Source: Polyangiales bacterium
Lineage (GTDB): Bacteria; Myxococcota_A; Polyangia; Polyangiales; JADJQN01
Length of the DNA stretch: 64,000 nucleotides
Direction of reading: 5' to 3'
Assembly (NCBI GenBank): GCA_964202905.1
Contig: CAXNJO010000006.1
Coordinates: forward strand, 96,001-160,000
Position 1 is the first letter of the stretch; every line of letters starts with the position of its first letter. The notes beneath the pieces are model-generated. The model was not told where the DNA came from. It ran no database searches and saw only the letters and a list, made by a program, of their open reading frames with translations. Shown in pieces: positions 22,617 to 33,400 of the stretch. The translations under genes were made by a program, and so were the position numbers.

Positions 22617-23495
22617 ATGGATCTGCGCGTCAAGAGCCGCTACCTCGTGCCCGACGACGGCCGCTTCCGCCTCCGCGACGCACCGACGACGCCGCCGCGC
22701 AGCGTCCCCGGCGCCGACGCGTTGCGCGTGGATCTCGCGGCGCACATCGCGCGGATCGCGAGCGCGCAGCGCAAGCTCTACGCCACCGACACGTGGTCGG
22801 TGCTGCTCGTGTTCCAGGCGATGGATGCCGCCGGCAAGGACGGCACGATCCGCGCGGTGATGAGCGGCGTCGACCCCTCCGGCTGTCAGGTCTACTCGTT
22901 CAAGCAGCCGTCCGAGGAGGAGCGCGACCACGACTTCCTCTGGCGCACCGCGCGCGCGCTGCCCGAGCGCGGCCGCATCGGGATCTTCAACCGCAGCTAT
23001 TACGAAGAGGTGCTCGTCGTGCGCGTGCACCCCGAGCTCCTCGGCGCGCAGCGGATCCCCGCGCGCGCCGACCGCGAGACGCTCTTCGCCGAGCGCTACG
23101 AGTCGATCCGCGACCACGAGAAGCACCTCGCGCGCAACGGCACGGCCATCGTGAAGTTCTGGCTGAACGTCTCCCGCGACGAGCAGAAGCGCCGCTTCCT
23201 CGCGCGCATCGACGACCCCGAGGCCGGCTGGAAGTTCTCCGCCGCCGACGTCGCGGAGCGCGCGCACTGGGACGCGTACATGGACGCCTACGAGCGCGCG
23301 CTGCGCGAGACCTCGCGCCCGTGGGCGCCCTGGTACGCCATCCCAGCAGATGACAAACCCTTCATGCGCGCGGAGGTCGCGCGCATCGTCTCGGCCACGC
23401 TCGAGGGGCTCTCGCTCGGCTTCCCGGAGCTCGCGTCGGCGGCCCGCACGCGGCTCGCGTCGGCCCGCCGCGCGCTCGTGCGCGAAGGCCGCTGA
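22617..23495 (+). CDS. ppk2: Polyphosphate kinase 2 family (polyphosphate:nucleotide phosphotransferase)
   Basis: QAMDAAGKDGTI (Walker A), FKQPSEEERDHDFLWR, IFNRSYYEEVL, WKFSAAD, APWYAIPADDK. Confidence 0.95.
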   Translation: MDLRVKSRYLVPDDGRFRLRDAPTTPPRSVPGADALRVDLAAHIARIASAQRKLYATDTWSVLLVFQAMDAAGKDGTIRAVMSGVDPSGCQVYSFKQPSEEERDHDFLWRTARALPERGRIGIFNRSYYEEVLVVRVHPELLGAQRIPARADRETLFAERYESIRDHEKHLARNGTAIVKFWLNVSRDEQKRRFLARIDDPEAGWKFSAADVAERAHWDAYMDAYERALRETSRPWAPWYAIPADDKPFMRAEVARIVSATLEGLSLGFPELASAARTRLASARRALVREGR

Positions 23496-23573
23496 CGCGG
23501 ACTCCTCCCCGCCCGTCACCGTCCCAGGCGCGGACCCCGCGGCGCCGCGCGCGACGGCTGCTACGTTCGCCGC

Positions 23574-24038
23574 GTGAAGCTGCCGGGCGCCGTGTGGGGG
23601 ATCGTGAAGGAGGCCGCGCGGCACGTGCTGCGGCGGCCGGTCGTCGGCCTGCTCGCGGTCGCGCGGACGGATGACGGGCGCTACCTGCTCGTGCGCCGCG
23701 GCGACACGGGCGAGTGGGCCCTCCCGGGCGGCACGCTCGAGTGGGGCGAGACGCTGCGGGACGCGCTCGTGCGTGAGATCGCCGAGGAGACCGGGGCGCG
23801 CGTGCTCGCGCCGGGCGTGCTGCTCGGGGTGTGGTCCTCGCCCGCGCGTGATCTGCGCTTCCACGCGGTGACGGTCGTCGTCGCCGCGCGCGTCGAGCCC
23901 CCGACGCGCCCGCCCGTGAACGCGCTCGAGATCCTCGAGGTGCGCCTCTTCCGGGAGGACGAGCTGCCCGCGCCGCTCGCGCACGGGCAGGGTGAGCTCT
24001 TCGCCGCCGCGCGCGCGGGCGAGCTGCGCTGGGAGTAG
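23574..24038 (+). CDS. NUDIX hydrolase
   Basis: WALPGGTLEWGETLRDALVREIAEETG Nudix box. Confidence 0.92.
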   Translation: MKLPGAVWGIVKEAARHVLRRPVVGLLAVARTDDGRYLLVRRGDTGEWALPGGTLEWGETLRDALVREIAEETGARVLAPGVLLGVWSSPARDLRFHAVTVVVAARVEPPTRPPVNALEILEVRLFREDELPAPLAHGQGELFAAARAGELRWE

Positions 24039-24098
24039 TGCGCCGCCGCCGTCCCATCGCCGGCGCGCGGTCGCGGCGTGCTCGGCGCGCCCGGGGCG

Positions 24099-25163
24099 TC
24101 AGCGCACGGTGACCTGTGCGCGGCAGGCCGCGGTGCCGCCGTGGCCGTCGCGCGTCACGAGCCACACGGTGACCTCGCCCGGCGTCGTGGGCGCCGTCCA
24201 CTCGTTGTCCCGCGTCGGGCGCGAGGTCGTCCCCTCGAAGAGCGCGCCGCCCGTGACGTTCCACGTGTAGAAGGCGCTCTCGGGCTTGCGCGCGAAGAAG
24301 CCCTGCGGGTCGAGAACGCCGTAGCACTCGGTCACCGGGTCGTCGTCGGTGCACGTCGGGTCGCCCGCCCACGGCTCGTCGGTCGCGTCGCCGTCGGGGT
24401 CGGCGGGCGTCGGATCGGGACGCAGCGCCACCGTCGCGCCCGCGGGCACGACGATGGGCGCGCCGCTTTCGCTCGCGCAGTCGAAGCCCTCGCTGCCCGG
24501 CGCATACGCGCTCACGACACCCTCTTCGCCGATGGCAAAGCGTGGGCGCGGCGGGTTCGTCCCGCGCTCGGCGCGCCGGCTCACGAGCACGCGCTTGAAG
24601 CCCGCGACGAGCGTCGTGTCGCCCGCGTCGCCGGGCGTGAGCGCCTCGACCTGCACGGTGATCTGGATGCCCACCTCGTCGAGCAGGCGCTCGACGAACT
24701 CGACCGGGATCGCGTCGCCGACCCGCGCGCGGAACTGCGCGACGAGCAGGTCGATCTGCGCGGCCGGCGGCGCGGCGAGCACGGCCGTCGGCCCCTCGCC
24801 GAGGTCGAGGCGCGCGCCGGGATCCGCGCAGCCGGGCGGCGCCTCCATCATCCCGTACTGCGCGCCGCTGAAGCCCGTGCCGCCGCCGCCGAGCGACTCG
24901 AGCCCGACGCACGCGCTCCAGCGGAAGCGCACCGGGCGTCCGCCCCCGCGCGGATCGGCGAAGAGCACGGAGAGCGTCGCGGCCTCGCCCGGCGCGAGCT
25001 CGGGCTTGTCGGCGATGACCGCGAGGATGCGCGGCGTCTTCACGAGGTCGCGCTTGTCGAAGCCGGGATCGGGCAGGCACGCCGCCGCGGAGGCCGCGAG
25101 CGACATGCCGAGCAGCGCGAGGACGCGGCGCGCGGGGCGCGGCTCGGTGCGGGGTGCGCGCAT
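24099..25163 (-). CDS. Lipoprotein encoded immediately downstream of TonB-dependent receptor
   Basis: Lipobox AAAC; beta-rich C-terminus (VWLVTRDGHGG); 1 bp from receptor stop. Confidence 0.75.
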   Translation of the reverse strand: MRAPRTEPRPARRVLALLGMSLAASAAACLPDPGFDKRDLVKTPRILAVIADKPELAPGEAATLSVLFADPRGGGRPVRFRWSACVGLESLGGGGTGFSGAQYGMMEAPPGCADPGARLDLGEGPTAVLAAPPAAQIDLLVAQFRARVGDAIPVEFVERLLDEVGIQITVQVEALTPGDAGDTTLVAGFKRVLVSRRAERGTNPPRPRFAIGEEGVVSAYAPGSEGFDCASESGAPIVVPAGATVALRPDPTPADPDGDATDEPWAGDPTCTDDDPVTECYGVLDPQGFFARKPESAFYTWNVTGGALFEGTTSRPTRDNEWTAPTTPGEVTVWLVTRDGHGGTAACRAQVTVR

Positions 25164-25164
25164 C

Positions 25165-27594
25165 TCAGTACACCAGCCGGAAGCCGAGGGTCGCGAGCGC
25201 GGGCAGCCCGGGCAGGCGCGCGCTCCGCTGGAAGTCGTACTGGTACAGCGTGCCCTCGGCGTTGGGCGCGTTGTACACGTTGATGCCGTCGAGGTAGACG
25301 GACGCCTCGAACGGCCCGAGCGGGAACTCGTAGTCCACGCGCAGATCGAGCTGGTGGTAGGTCGGCAGCCGCGCCGTGAGGCCGGTCAGCGTCGGCCGAT
25401 AGCGCCCCGAGTCCGCGTCGTACGTCGCGCCCGCGACCGCCTGCGTCGGGCGCCCCGTCGAGACCTGCATGCGCGCGCCGAAGCGGAAGCGCCACAGCTT
25501 GTAGCTCGCCGCGACGCTGAGGATGTGGGTCTGGTCGAAGGTGAAGAGCACGGCCTGCCCGCCCTCGACGAAGCGCTCGCTGCGCGAGAGCGTGTAGCTG
25601 AGCCAGCCGTAGAGCCCCTCGGCGACCTTGCGGCGCACGAGCAGCTCGAGCCCGTAGGCGCGGCCCTCGCCGTCGTCGACGAAGAACTGCCGCCGCGCGC
25701 CTTCGCCCTCGGGGACGAGCCCCGTCGATGGACGCGCGAGCCCGTACATGCGATTGAGATACAGTTGCGACTCGATCTCGATGGCGAGCGGGAGCTTGAG
25801 CTCGATGCCCGCCGAGGACTGCCACGCGCGGTTGGGCGCGAGGCTCGCGCTGCCGAGCGTGGGCAGCAGCTGGAAGGGCTGCGGCGTCTGCGAGAAGAGC
25901 CCGGTGGCTGCCTTGATCGTCAGCGCGGGAGACACCGTGTAGCGGGCGACGAGGCGCGGCTGCACGAGCGCGGTCGAGACCTCGCCGTAGCGGTAGTGAT
26001 CGAGCCGCAGGCCCCCCGTCACCTCGAGCGGGCCGAGGGCGACCTTCTGTTCGACGAACGCGCCGAGGCCGCTCGAGACGAGCGACGCGTCGAAGGAGAA
26101 GACCTGCGGATCGAAGTCCGGGCTGGGGATCTCGCCGAAGCCCGGCGGCAGCGGGAGCTGCGCGGAGGCGCCGATCACGTAGGCTGCGAGGTCGAGCCCC
26201 GCGTGCGTGCGCAGCGCGTCCGTCGGCTGCCAGACCATCTCTGCGCGCTCCCCGAGGAAGATGGCCGCGAGGTCGAGCGAGAGGTCTGGCGAGCCCGGCT
26301 CGCGGCGGCGCGTGCCGGAGGCGTCGCGGCCCACGGTGCCGCTCCACGTGAGGCGGAGGCGCCCGGGGAGCCGCGCCTCGACCTTCGCGATGGCGCGGGT
26401 GAAACCGTAGCCGAGGCTCGTCGTCGCGGTGCCCGCGGTCTCGCCGCTGCCGACCGCCGCGGAGGTGTCGAGCGCGTCCTCGGAGCCGAAGACGAAGAGC
26501 GACGCGCGCACGCGGCGGCTGAGCGCGTAATCGAGCCGCACCTGCCAGTCCGTGAAGGACAGCGCGACCCCATCGACGACGAGCGGCAGGATCAGCTCGT
26601 AGTAGCTGCGGCGCAGGGCGACGGCGAGCGAGCCGCGCTTCTCGTGGAAGGGCAGCACGGCGAGGGCGCTCGCGCGGAACACGTCGAGCTCCACCTCGAA
26701 GGAGAACGTGTCGCGCGCGGGCGGCGCGGTGTGCAGCGTGATGATGCCTGCGTTGAAGCGCCCGTAGCTCGCCGGGTAGCCGCCCGGGTAGAAGTCGAGC
26801 CGCTCGACGAGGCGCGACGAGATCACCGCGGGCCCCGCCGCGAGGTGGTAGAGCAGCGGCACCGGGAAGCCGTCGACGAAGAAGCCCGTGTTCTCGAACG
26901 ACGCGCCGCGCACGACGTAGAAACCGAGGCCGAACGGGGTGCGCCCGACGCCCGGCAGCGAGCCGACGACGCGCAGCGGCTCGCCGAAGGTGCCGGGCAC
27001 CGTCGTCAGCTCCTCGCCCGTCAGCACCACGCGCGACGCCGCGCCGGGCTCGCGCGGCACCACGCGGGCGCGCGCACCGTAGCGGCCGGCGGCCTCCTGC
27101 GGCTCACCGGTGTCGGGCGCCGTCGCGCCGACGTCTGCCCGCGGCGTGGCCATCGCTCCCGCGTCGGCGGCGGGGGGCGTCGTCGGCGTCTCGGGCGCGG
27201 TGCCGGTCGCAAGAGGGGGCGCCGCCGTGTCGGGGGGCGCTGCGACCTGGACCGCGAAGCGGAAGCGCACGCGCGCCGGGATCGGCGTGTCGCCGCGCCG
27301 CGCTGGCTCGAAGCGCATCGCGCGCGCGGCTTCGACGACGTGCGGATCGACGTCCGCGCGCAGCGGCTCGAGCACGACGACGTCGGCGACGCGGCCCTCG
27401 CGATCGATGTCGAGCTGGAGCGTCACCGCGCTGCCCTCGGGGAGCGGCGGGGTGGCCTCCGGGAGCGCGAGGGTGGGCGGCGTCGAGAGGCGCGGCGGGA
27501 CGAGCACAGGCGGCGTCTGCGCGCCGGCGGGCGATGCCGCGGCCCAGAGGCACGTCGTGAGCACCAGCCCAAGCGCGAGGAGCGCGGGGCGCAT
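25165..27594 (-). CDS. TonB-dependent receptor with N-terminal TonB C-terminal-like domain
   Basis: Signal peptide; LDIDREGRV...MRFEPA; plug SLPGV...VRG...FFVDG...FYPGGYPASYG; barrel ending LDLRVDY...INVYN...LGFRLVY. Confidence 0.92.
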   Translation of the reverse strand: MRPALLALGLVLTTCLWAAASPAGAQTPPVLVPPRLSTPPTLALPEATPPLPEGSAVTLQLDIDREGRVADVVVLEPLRADVDPHVVEAARAMRFEPARRGDTPIPARVRFRFAVQVAAPPDTAAPPLATGTAPETPTTPPAADAGAMATPRADVGATAPDTGEPQEAAGRYGARARVVPREPGAASRVVLTGEELTTVPGTFGEPLRVVGSLPGVGRTPFGLGFYVVRGASFENTGFFVDGFPVPLLYHLAAGPAVISSRLVERLDFYPGGYPASYGRFNAGIITLHTAPPARDTFSFEVELDVFRASALAVLPFHEKRGSLAVALRRSYYELILPLVVDGVALSFTDWQVRLDYALSRRVRASLFVFGSEDALDTSAAVGSGETAGTATTSLGYGFTRAIAKVEARLPGRLRLTWSGTVGRDASGTRRREPGSPDLSLDLAAIFLGERAEMVWQPTDALRTHAGLDLAAYVIGASAQLPLPPGFGEIPSPDFDPQVFSFDASLVSSGLGAFVEQKVALGPLEVTGGLRLDHYRYGEVSTALVQPRLVARYTVSPALTIKAATGLFSQTPQPFQLLPTLGSASLAPNRAWQSSAGIELKLPLAIEIESQLYLNRMYGLARPSTGLVPEGEGARRQFFVDDGEGRAYGLELLVRRKVAEGLYGWLSYTLSRSERFVEGGQAVLFTFDQTHILSVAASYKLWRFRFGARMQVSTGRPTQAVAGATYDADSGRYRPTLTGLTARLPTYHQLDLRVDYEFPLGPFEASVYLDGINVYNAPNAEGTLYQYDFQRSARLPGLPALATLGFRLVY

Positions 27595-29006
27595 CAGGAG
27601 CGGGCGTTCTTGAGCCGCGCGATGGCGCTCGCGGGCGGGTTGATGCGCACCACGCCGCTCGCGCCGTCGACGAGGACGGGATCGTTCGCGCGCGCCCACG
27701 CGAAGAGACCCGCGACGTCCGCGACGACGGGCAGCCCCGCGGCCGCGGCGAGCCGCGCGCCGAGCGAGGCGGCCGCCGCGTCGGGCCCGGTCGGCAGCGG
27801 CGCGTCCACGACGACGGCGGCCGCGCGGTGAGCGACGGCGGCGAGCGTGAGGAAGGCGCCGAGCCGCTCCGGCACCATCACCACGGCCCCGGTGCCCGGC
27901 ACCCGCAGGCCGAGCGCGCGCGCGGCGGCGAGCAGGCAGAGGTCCTCGATCTCCGAGGCGCGCTCCATGAGCCATGCATCGGCCGGCCCCGGGGCGCCCG
28001 CCGGTCCGCCCGCACCCGCGCGGTACGGTGCGAACGCGTACTCGCGGGCCACCCGCTTGAGCCCGCGCACCACACCGTGCTCGCGGGCCGCGTCCACCGC
28101 GAGCTCCACGAGCCGCTGGTCCTCGAGCACGAGCAGCAGCCCCGGGAGCGCGCGGGCTGCCTCCGGCCCGAGCAGCGGCGCGAGGCGGCGCTCGACGCGC
28201 ACGAGGTCCTTCGCGAGCGCGGCGAACGCCTGCGCGACCCCGGCCGGCTCGCTCCGCGCGTCCGTCCCATCCGTTCGTGAACCGTCCGCGCGCCCGCCTT
28301 CCGCGCGGACTCCGCCGAGCGCCGCCGTCGCCTCGAGCGTGCTCCAGCCCGCGAGCGGCTCCGCGCGTCCGAGCGCCGTCCCCGGCGCGACGCCGGCGCC
28401 CGCGAGCCGCGCGCTCTGGCCGGCGGGAACGCGCGCGCCGCCCGAGTCCGTAGCGCGGGCCCGCGCGCGCTCGAGGGCGTGCGCCACGAAGGTCGCCATC
28501 GCCGTCGTGAGCGCGACGGTCGCGACGTCGAACGGATCGCCCGCGGGCCGCTGCAGCACCAGCACGCCCGCGCACGTCCCCCCGAGCAGCACGGGCACCG
28601 CGACGAAGCACGGGAAGCGCTCCTCGCCGAGGCCAGGCACGTGCTTGTAGTGCGTCTCGGTCTCGGCGACGGCCACCGACGCCGGCCGCAGGTTCTGCGC
28701 GACGAAGCCCGTGATCCCCTCGCCGAGCCGCAGCGTGACGCGCCCGACCGCGTCGTGGGGGAAGCCCACGTTCGCGCGCATGACGAGGACGATGTCGCCC
28801 GCGTCGTCCTCCTCGCGCAGGTACACGCTGGCGATGGGCGCCCGCATCATCCCGGCCACCTCCGCGCACAGCGTGGTGAGCACGTCGTCGAGCGGGCGGT
28901 CGCGCGAGGCCTCCTCGACGAGGCGGAGGATCCCGTCGATGGCGCGGTCCCCGCCGCGCTCGTGCACGCGCACCTGCCCGCTCTGCTCGTCGCGTCGGTC
29001 GTCCAA
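27594..29006 (-). CDS. PtsP-like protein: GAF + PEP-utiliser N-terminal + degenerate phosphocarrier domain, no PEP-binding domain
   Basis: ASVYL...GEGITGFVA...YKHVPGLGEERF...GVLVLQ (PtsP-type GAF); ERASEIEDL; AGLPVV...VLVDGASGVVRINP; TTG start. Confidence 0.8.
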   Translation of the reverse strand: MDDRRDEQSGQVRVHERGGDRAIDGILRLVEEASRDRPLDDVLTTLCAEVAGMMRAPIASVYLREEDDAGDIVLVMRANVGFPHDAVGRVTLRLGEGITGFVAQNLRPASVAVAETETHYKHVPGLGEERFPCFVAVPVLLGGTCAGVLVLQRPAGDPFDVATVALTTAMATFVAHALERARARATDSGGARVPAGQSARLAGAGVAPGTALGRAEPLAGWSTLEATAALGGVRAEGGRADGSRTDGTDARSEPAGVAQAFAALAKDLVRVERRLAPLLGPEAARALPGLLLVLEDQRLVELAVDAAREHGVVRGLKRVAREYAFAPYRAGAGGPAGAPGPADAWLMERASEIEDLCLLAAARALGLRVPGTGAVVMVPERLGAFLTLAAVAHRAAAVVVDAPLPTGPDAAAASLGARLAAAAGLPVVADVAGLFAWARANDPVLVDGASGVVRINPPASAIARLKNARS

Positions 29007-29163
29007 TCCTCGGGCTCCGTCAGGCTCGTGCGCGCTCGAGAGGGGCGGGCGGCGCGGACCCTAGCCGAGCCCGCGTCCCTCCGCACGTGCGCGGCCTTGC
29101 GCGCTTGACCCGTCGCGGACCCGCGTGCGACGGTCGTTCGCGGATCTACACACGGGAGCCGGG

Positions 29164-30147
29164 ATGACGAATCGACTGACCTCGCTGGTGGCGCTCGGGC
29201 TTGCAGGGGCCCTCTTCATGGGCTGTGGCGACGACGACGCGCCCGTCGACATGGGGGGCGGCACCGACGCCGGCCCGGTCGCGCCGGTCTGCCCGACGAC
29301 GGCTCCGTCCCCGGCCAACCAGATGGGCGCGTGCTGCTCGCGCGCCTCGAACGCCGGGCGCCTCGAGGCCCCGGAGCTGCGCCTCGCCGCCCTGCGTCTC
29401 ACCGCCCCCGCGGGCACGCTCACGGGCGCGGTGCTCCGCGGCGTCCTCAACAAGTCCTTCGACAGCGAGCTCTTCAACTGGCTGATCCAGGGCTCGGGCG
29501 CGCCCGTCTCCGGCGACGGCCCCGTCACCATCCGCACCGGCTACGGCGAGCGGTCCGCGGACGGCACCTTCCGCTTCACCTCGGGCGCGGCCCCGGCCGC
29601 GGGCGGCGACCCGAGCCGCTGGGACCCCGTCACCGTCGTCGGCGCGATGACCGGCGAGACCCTCTCGACCCCGGCCTACGAGGGCTCCGGCCCGCTCACC
29701 GTGCCGGTCTACGACGAGAACGACCCGACGCTCCTCGTCGTCGAGCTGCCCATCTTCGGGCTCTCGCTCCTCAACGCGACGCTCTCCGAGGACCGCAGCT
29801 GCGTCGGGAGCCGCGGCTCGGCCAACTACAACACCGCGACCGGCGGCCGCCTCCGCGCGTTCATCCGCGTCTCGGACGCCAAGACGCGCATGGTCACCGT
29901 CGGCACCGCGGTCAACGCGCCGCTCTGCGCGATCATCGCCGGCAGCCTCACGGACGCCGCGTACTGCGACAGCCCGCAGAGCGGCTGGACGGCGAAGCCC
30001 AACTCGCTGTGCGGTGCGACCGGCTGCGAGGCGAACACCGCCGGCATGACGGACGTCTGCGACCCCGGCAGCACGGCCGCGAACGGCTGCAACGCCTGGG
30101 AGCTTCTCGGCGAGTTCGCGGCGCAGGGCGTCGAGATCACGAACTGA
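29164..30147 (+). CDS. Cys-rich lipoprotein of unknown function
   Basis: Lipobox LFMGC-GDDD; strongly biased codon usage; followed by terminator. Confidence 0.82.
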   Translation: MTNRLTSLVALGLAGALFMGCGDDDAPVDMGGGTDAGPVAPVCPTTAPSPANQMGACCSRASNAGRLEAPELRLAALRLTAPAGTLTGAVLRGVLNKSFDSELFNWLIQGSGAPVSGDGPVTIRTGYGERSADGTFRFTSGAAPAAGGDPSRWDPVTVVGAMTGETLSTPAYEGSGPLTVPVYDENDPTLLVVELPIFGLSLLNATLSEDRSCVGSRGSANYNTATGGRLRAFIRVSDAKTRMVTVGTAVNAPLCAIIAGSLTDAAYCDSPQSGWTAKPNSLCGATGCEANTAGMTDVCDPGSTAANGCNAWELLGEFAAQGVEITN

Positions 30148-30173
30148 CGCCGCCCGCCGCTCCGTGGCGCACG

Positions 30174-30207
30174 AGGGGTCCGCAGCGCGCCGCTGCGGGC
30201 CCTTTTT
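30174..30207 (+). terminator. Rho-independent terminator
   Basis: gggtccgcagcg-cgc-cgctgcgggccc followed by ttttt. Confidence 0.85.
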
Positions 30208-30426
30208 CATGGGACATTCGCGCGTGCCGACGCGCCGGTGTTCCCCGCGGACGCTCCGCGCTGCCCGCGTTCAGGCCCGGATGCCGCGCCGTGCGTGGCG
30301 CGGGCCGGACGCGCGCCGACGTCGCTATTGATTCGCGTTCGACAAGGGCGCTAGCATCGCCGACAACCTTACGCGTCGCGGCCGAGCCGGCCCGGCGTGC
30401 ACGCGCGTTCGCGCGGGGAGAGTTCC

Positions 30427-33400
30427 ATGGGTCGATTCCGTCAGCCTCCGAAGCACTTGCTCGTCGCCCTGCTCGTGCTCTTCCTCTTCGCCTGTGGTGG
30501 CGGCAGCTGCTCGAGCTGCGCGGGCTGCGGCGTCGCCCCGATCCCGGGCGGCTTCCCGATCGCCGAGCGCATCGACAACTCCGCGCAGGTCCGCTTGACG
30601 AACGCGGGCATCGGCTTCCTCGAGTCGAACGTCGCGACCATCGCGTCGACGCTGATCGGCATGGATCTCGAGTTCCCGATCCCGACCTCGATGACCTCGG
30701 TCGCGGTCATCGGTGATCTCACCATCTGTCCCGACGACGACTGCCGCATCCGCGGCACCATCCGCTCGCTCGACCTCGTCCCGACGGCGCCGAACCGGCT
30801 CACCGCGCGCCTCCGCCTCGACGTGAAGACGTACAGCGCCGCCGGCGAGCGCCGCGCGCTCCCGATCCGCGGCGGCTTCCTCGTCGGCACCGTCCGCGCC
30901 GACATCGACACGGCCCGCGGCAGCCGCGACTACATCGGCCTCACGGTCAACATCGACCTCGTCGCCGAGACGCGCGCGGCGCGCGCCGGCTACACGCGGA
31001 TCAACATCGCGGACGCGACGCTCACGCCCGGCGAGGACATCGAGAACGCCGACATCGAGCTGATGGGCGGCGCCTCGTGGCTGCTCAACCTCGCCAAGGG
31101 CCTCGTCGTCGATCAACTCGAAGGCCAGATCTCCGGCCTGCTGAGCTCCGCGCTCGGCGACCAGCTCTGCACCACGCGTGGCGAGTACGGCTGCCCGACG
31201 GGCACCTTCGCCCGCCCGAACGAGAACCCCGACTCGGTCTGCCGCTACGAGAACACCAACGCGGCGGAGTGCGTCCCCACGCTCCTCGGCACGGACGGGC
31301 AGGGCGACCTCGGCGCCGCGTTCCTCGGCGGCTTCTCGCCGGGCACCCACGGCAGCGGGCAGTTCCTGCTCGCCGCGGGCGGTGACGGCGAGGCCGTCAA
31401 CGAGGGCATGAGCGTCTTCTTCTACGGCGGCTTCCGCTCGACGAACGGCGACTTCTCGCGCAGCCCCGGCCACAACGCCTGCGTGCCCGCGCTGACGCCC
31501 GCGAGCCCCCGCGACGGCGGCGGCACCATCGCCGACAACTGGGGCGGCGGCGAGCGCCCCACGATCGCGCGCGTCGACACCTTCCGCGGCAACACGCCCG
31601 CGGGCCTCGCGATGTCGCCGCACGTCTCGCTCGGCCTCTCCGAGGACTACCTCAACTACGCAGCCTTCGGCGCCTTCGACGCCGGCCTCCTCTGCATCGG
31701 CGCCGGCACGCGGCTCTCGCAGCAGATCTCGACGGGCCTCTTCTCGCTGCTCATCGGCTCGCTGAAGAACCTCGCCTTCCCGGAGGAGGCGGCCGCGCTC
31801 GCCTTCTCGATCCGCCCGCAGGAGCCGCCCCGCGTCAGCCTCGGCACCGCGCCCGGCGAGCCGGTGCTCAGCCTCCTGCTGCCCAAGGTGCAGGTCGACT
31901 TCTACGTGTGGAGCCACGAGCGCTACGTCCGCATCTTCACGTACCAGGCCGACCTCAACATCGGCATCGATCTGAGCGTCGAGGGCGGCCAGATCGTCCC
32001 GATGATCGGGGCGCTCACCGCCTCGAACCCGTCGGTCACGAACTCCGACCTCATCACCGAGGATCCGGCCTCGCTCGCCGACACCATCACCACCGTGCTC
32101 GGCTCCTTCGCGGGCATGCTCGGCGGCTCGATCGCGCCCTTCGATCTCCCCGCGATCATGGGCTTCAACCTCGTCGTCCCCGAGGGCGGCCTCAAGGGCG
32201 TCCGCGACTCCGGCGAGGACTTCCTCGGCATCTTCGCGAACCTCGAGCTCGCGGCCCCCGCGCCGCTCACCGCGACCACCGAAACGACGCTCGACCTGCA
32301 GGACCTCACGCTCAACCGCGAGGCGATGAGCGTCGGCACCTTCGGGCAGGGCGACCTCCCGTCGGTGCGCCTCAACATGAACGCGACCGGCCCCGCGGGC
32401 GTCGACTACGAGTACAGCTACCGCATCGACGGCATGCAGTGGTCGCCGTGGACGCGCGACCGCTCGGTCGTCGTCGAGTCCCCGGCGCTCCTGCTGCAGG
32501 CGCGCCACGAGGTCGAAGCGCGCTCGCGCGTCGTCGGCGAGCGCACGACGGTCGACACGACGCCGGCCCGCGCCGCGCTGCTGATCGACCTCCTCGCGCC
32601 GGACGTCGTCGTCGAGCAGGAGGGCAACCTCGCGCGCGTCCTCGCGACGGACGTGATCACCGCGCGCAGCGCGCTCCGCTACCGCTACCGCACCGGCGGC
32701 ACGGCGTGGACGGCGTGGACGAACGCCTCGACCTTCACGCTGCCCGAGGGCGACGCGACGGGCCTCGACGTCGAGGTCCAGGACGAGGCGGGCAACGTCG
32801 GCGCCTCGCGTCAGGCGCTCATCCGCGGTCTGCCGAACGCGGCGGGCGGCGGCGCGTGCAACTGCCGCGTGGCGGGCGCGCCCACGGGCGGCGACTTCGC
32901 GGTGTTCGCGATGGCCGTGCTCTTCCTGCTCGGCGCCGGCCGGCGGAGGTTTCTTCCAGCAGCGCGGCGCGCGCTCCGCAGCCCGCTCGCCCGCGCGGCG
33001 CTGAAGCACCTGCCGGTCGTGCTCGTGCTCTCGGCCCCGCTCGGGCTCGGCGCGATGGGCTGTGACTGCAGCGACGGCCTCGCGCCGCCGCCCGCGGCGA
33101 CCCCGTGTGAGGGCCTCTGCGCGACGACGCCGGCCGACGGCCAGTTCTGCTGCGCCGAGACCAACATGTGCCAGACCTTCGGCGCTGACGCCGACTGCGA
33201 TCCGGGCTTCACCTGCCCGCCCGCGTCGATCGAGCTCGACGGCTGCACCGTGCGCTGCGCCGCGGGCGCGTGCATGGAGAAGCCGCCGCTCACCCCTGGC
33301 CAGCTCGCGACGCACCTCGACATGGTCCTCGACGACACGGGCACGGCGACGTTGAGCGGCTATGCCGCGGGCAACCCGCCGAACCGCTTCTACGGTGACC

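Noticed and set aside
21835..24038. DUF1415-PPK2-NUDIX as a novel polyphosphate system
   Set aside because: Co-orientation only; all are common families and nothing in the sequence links them functionally
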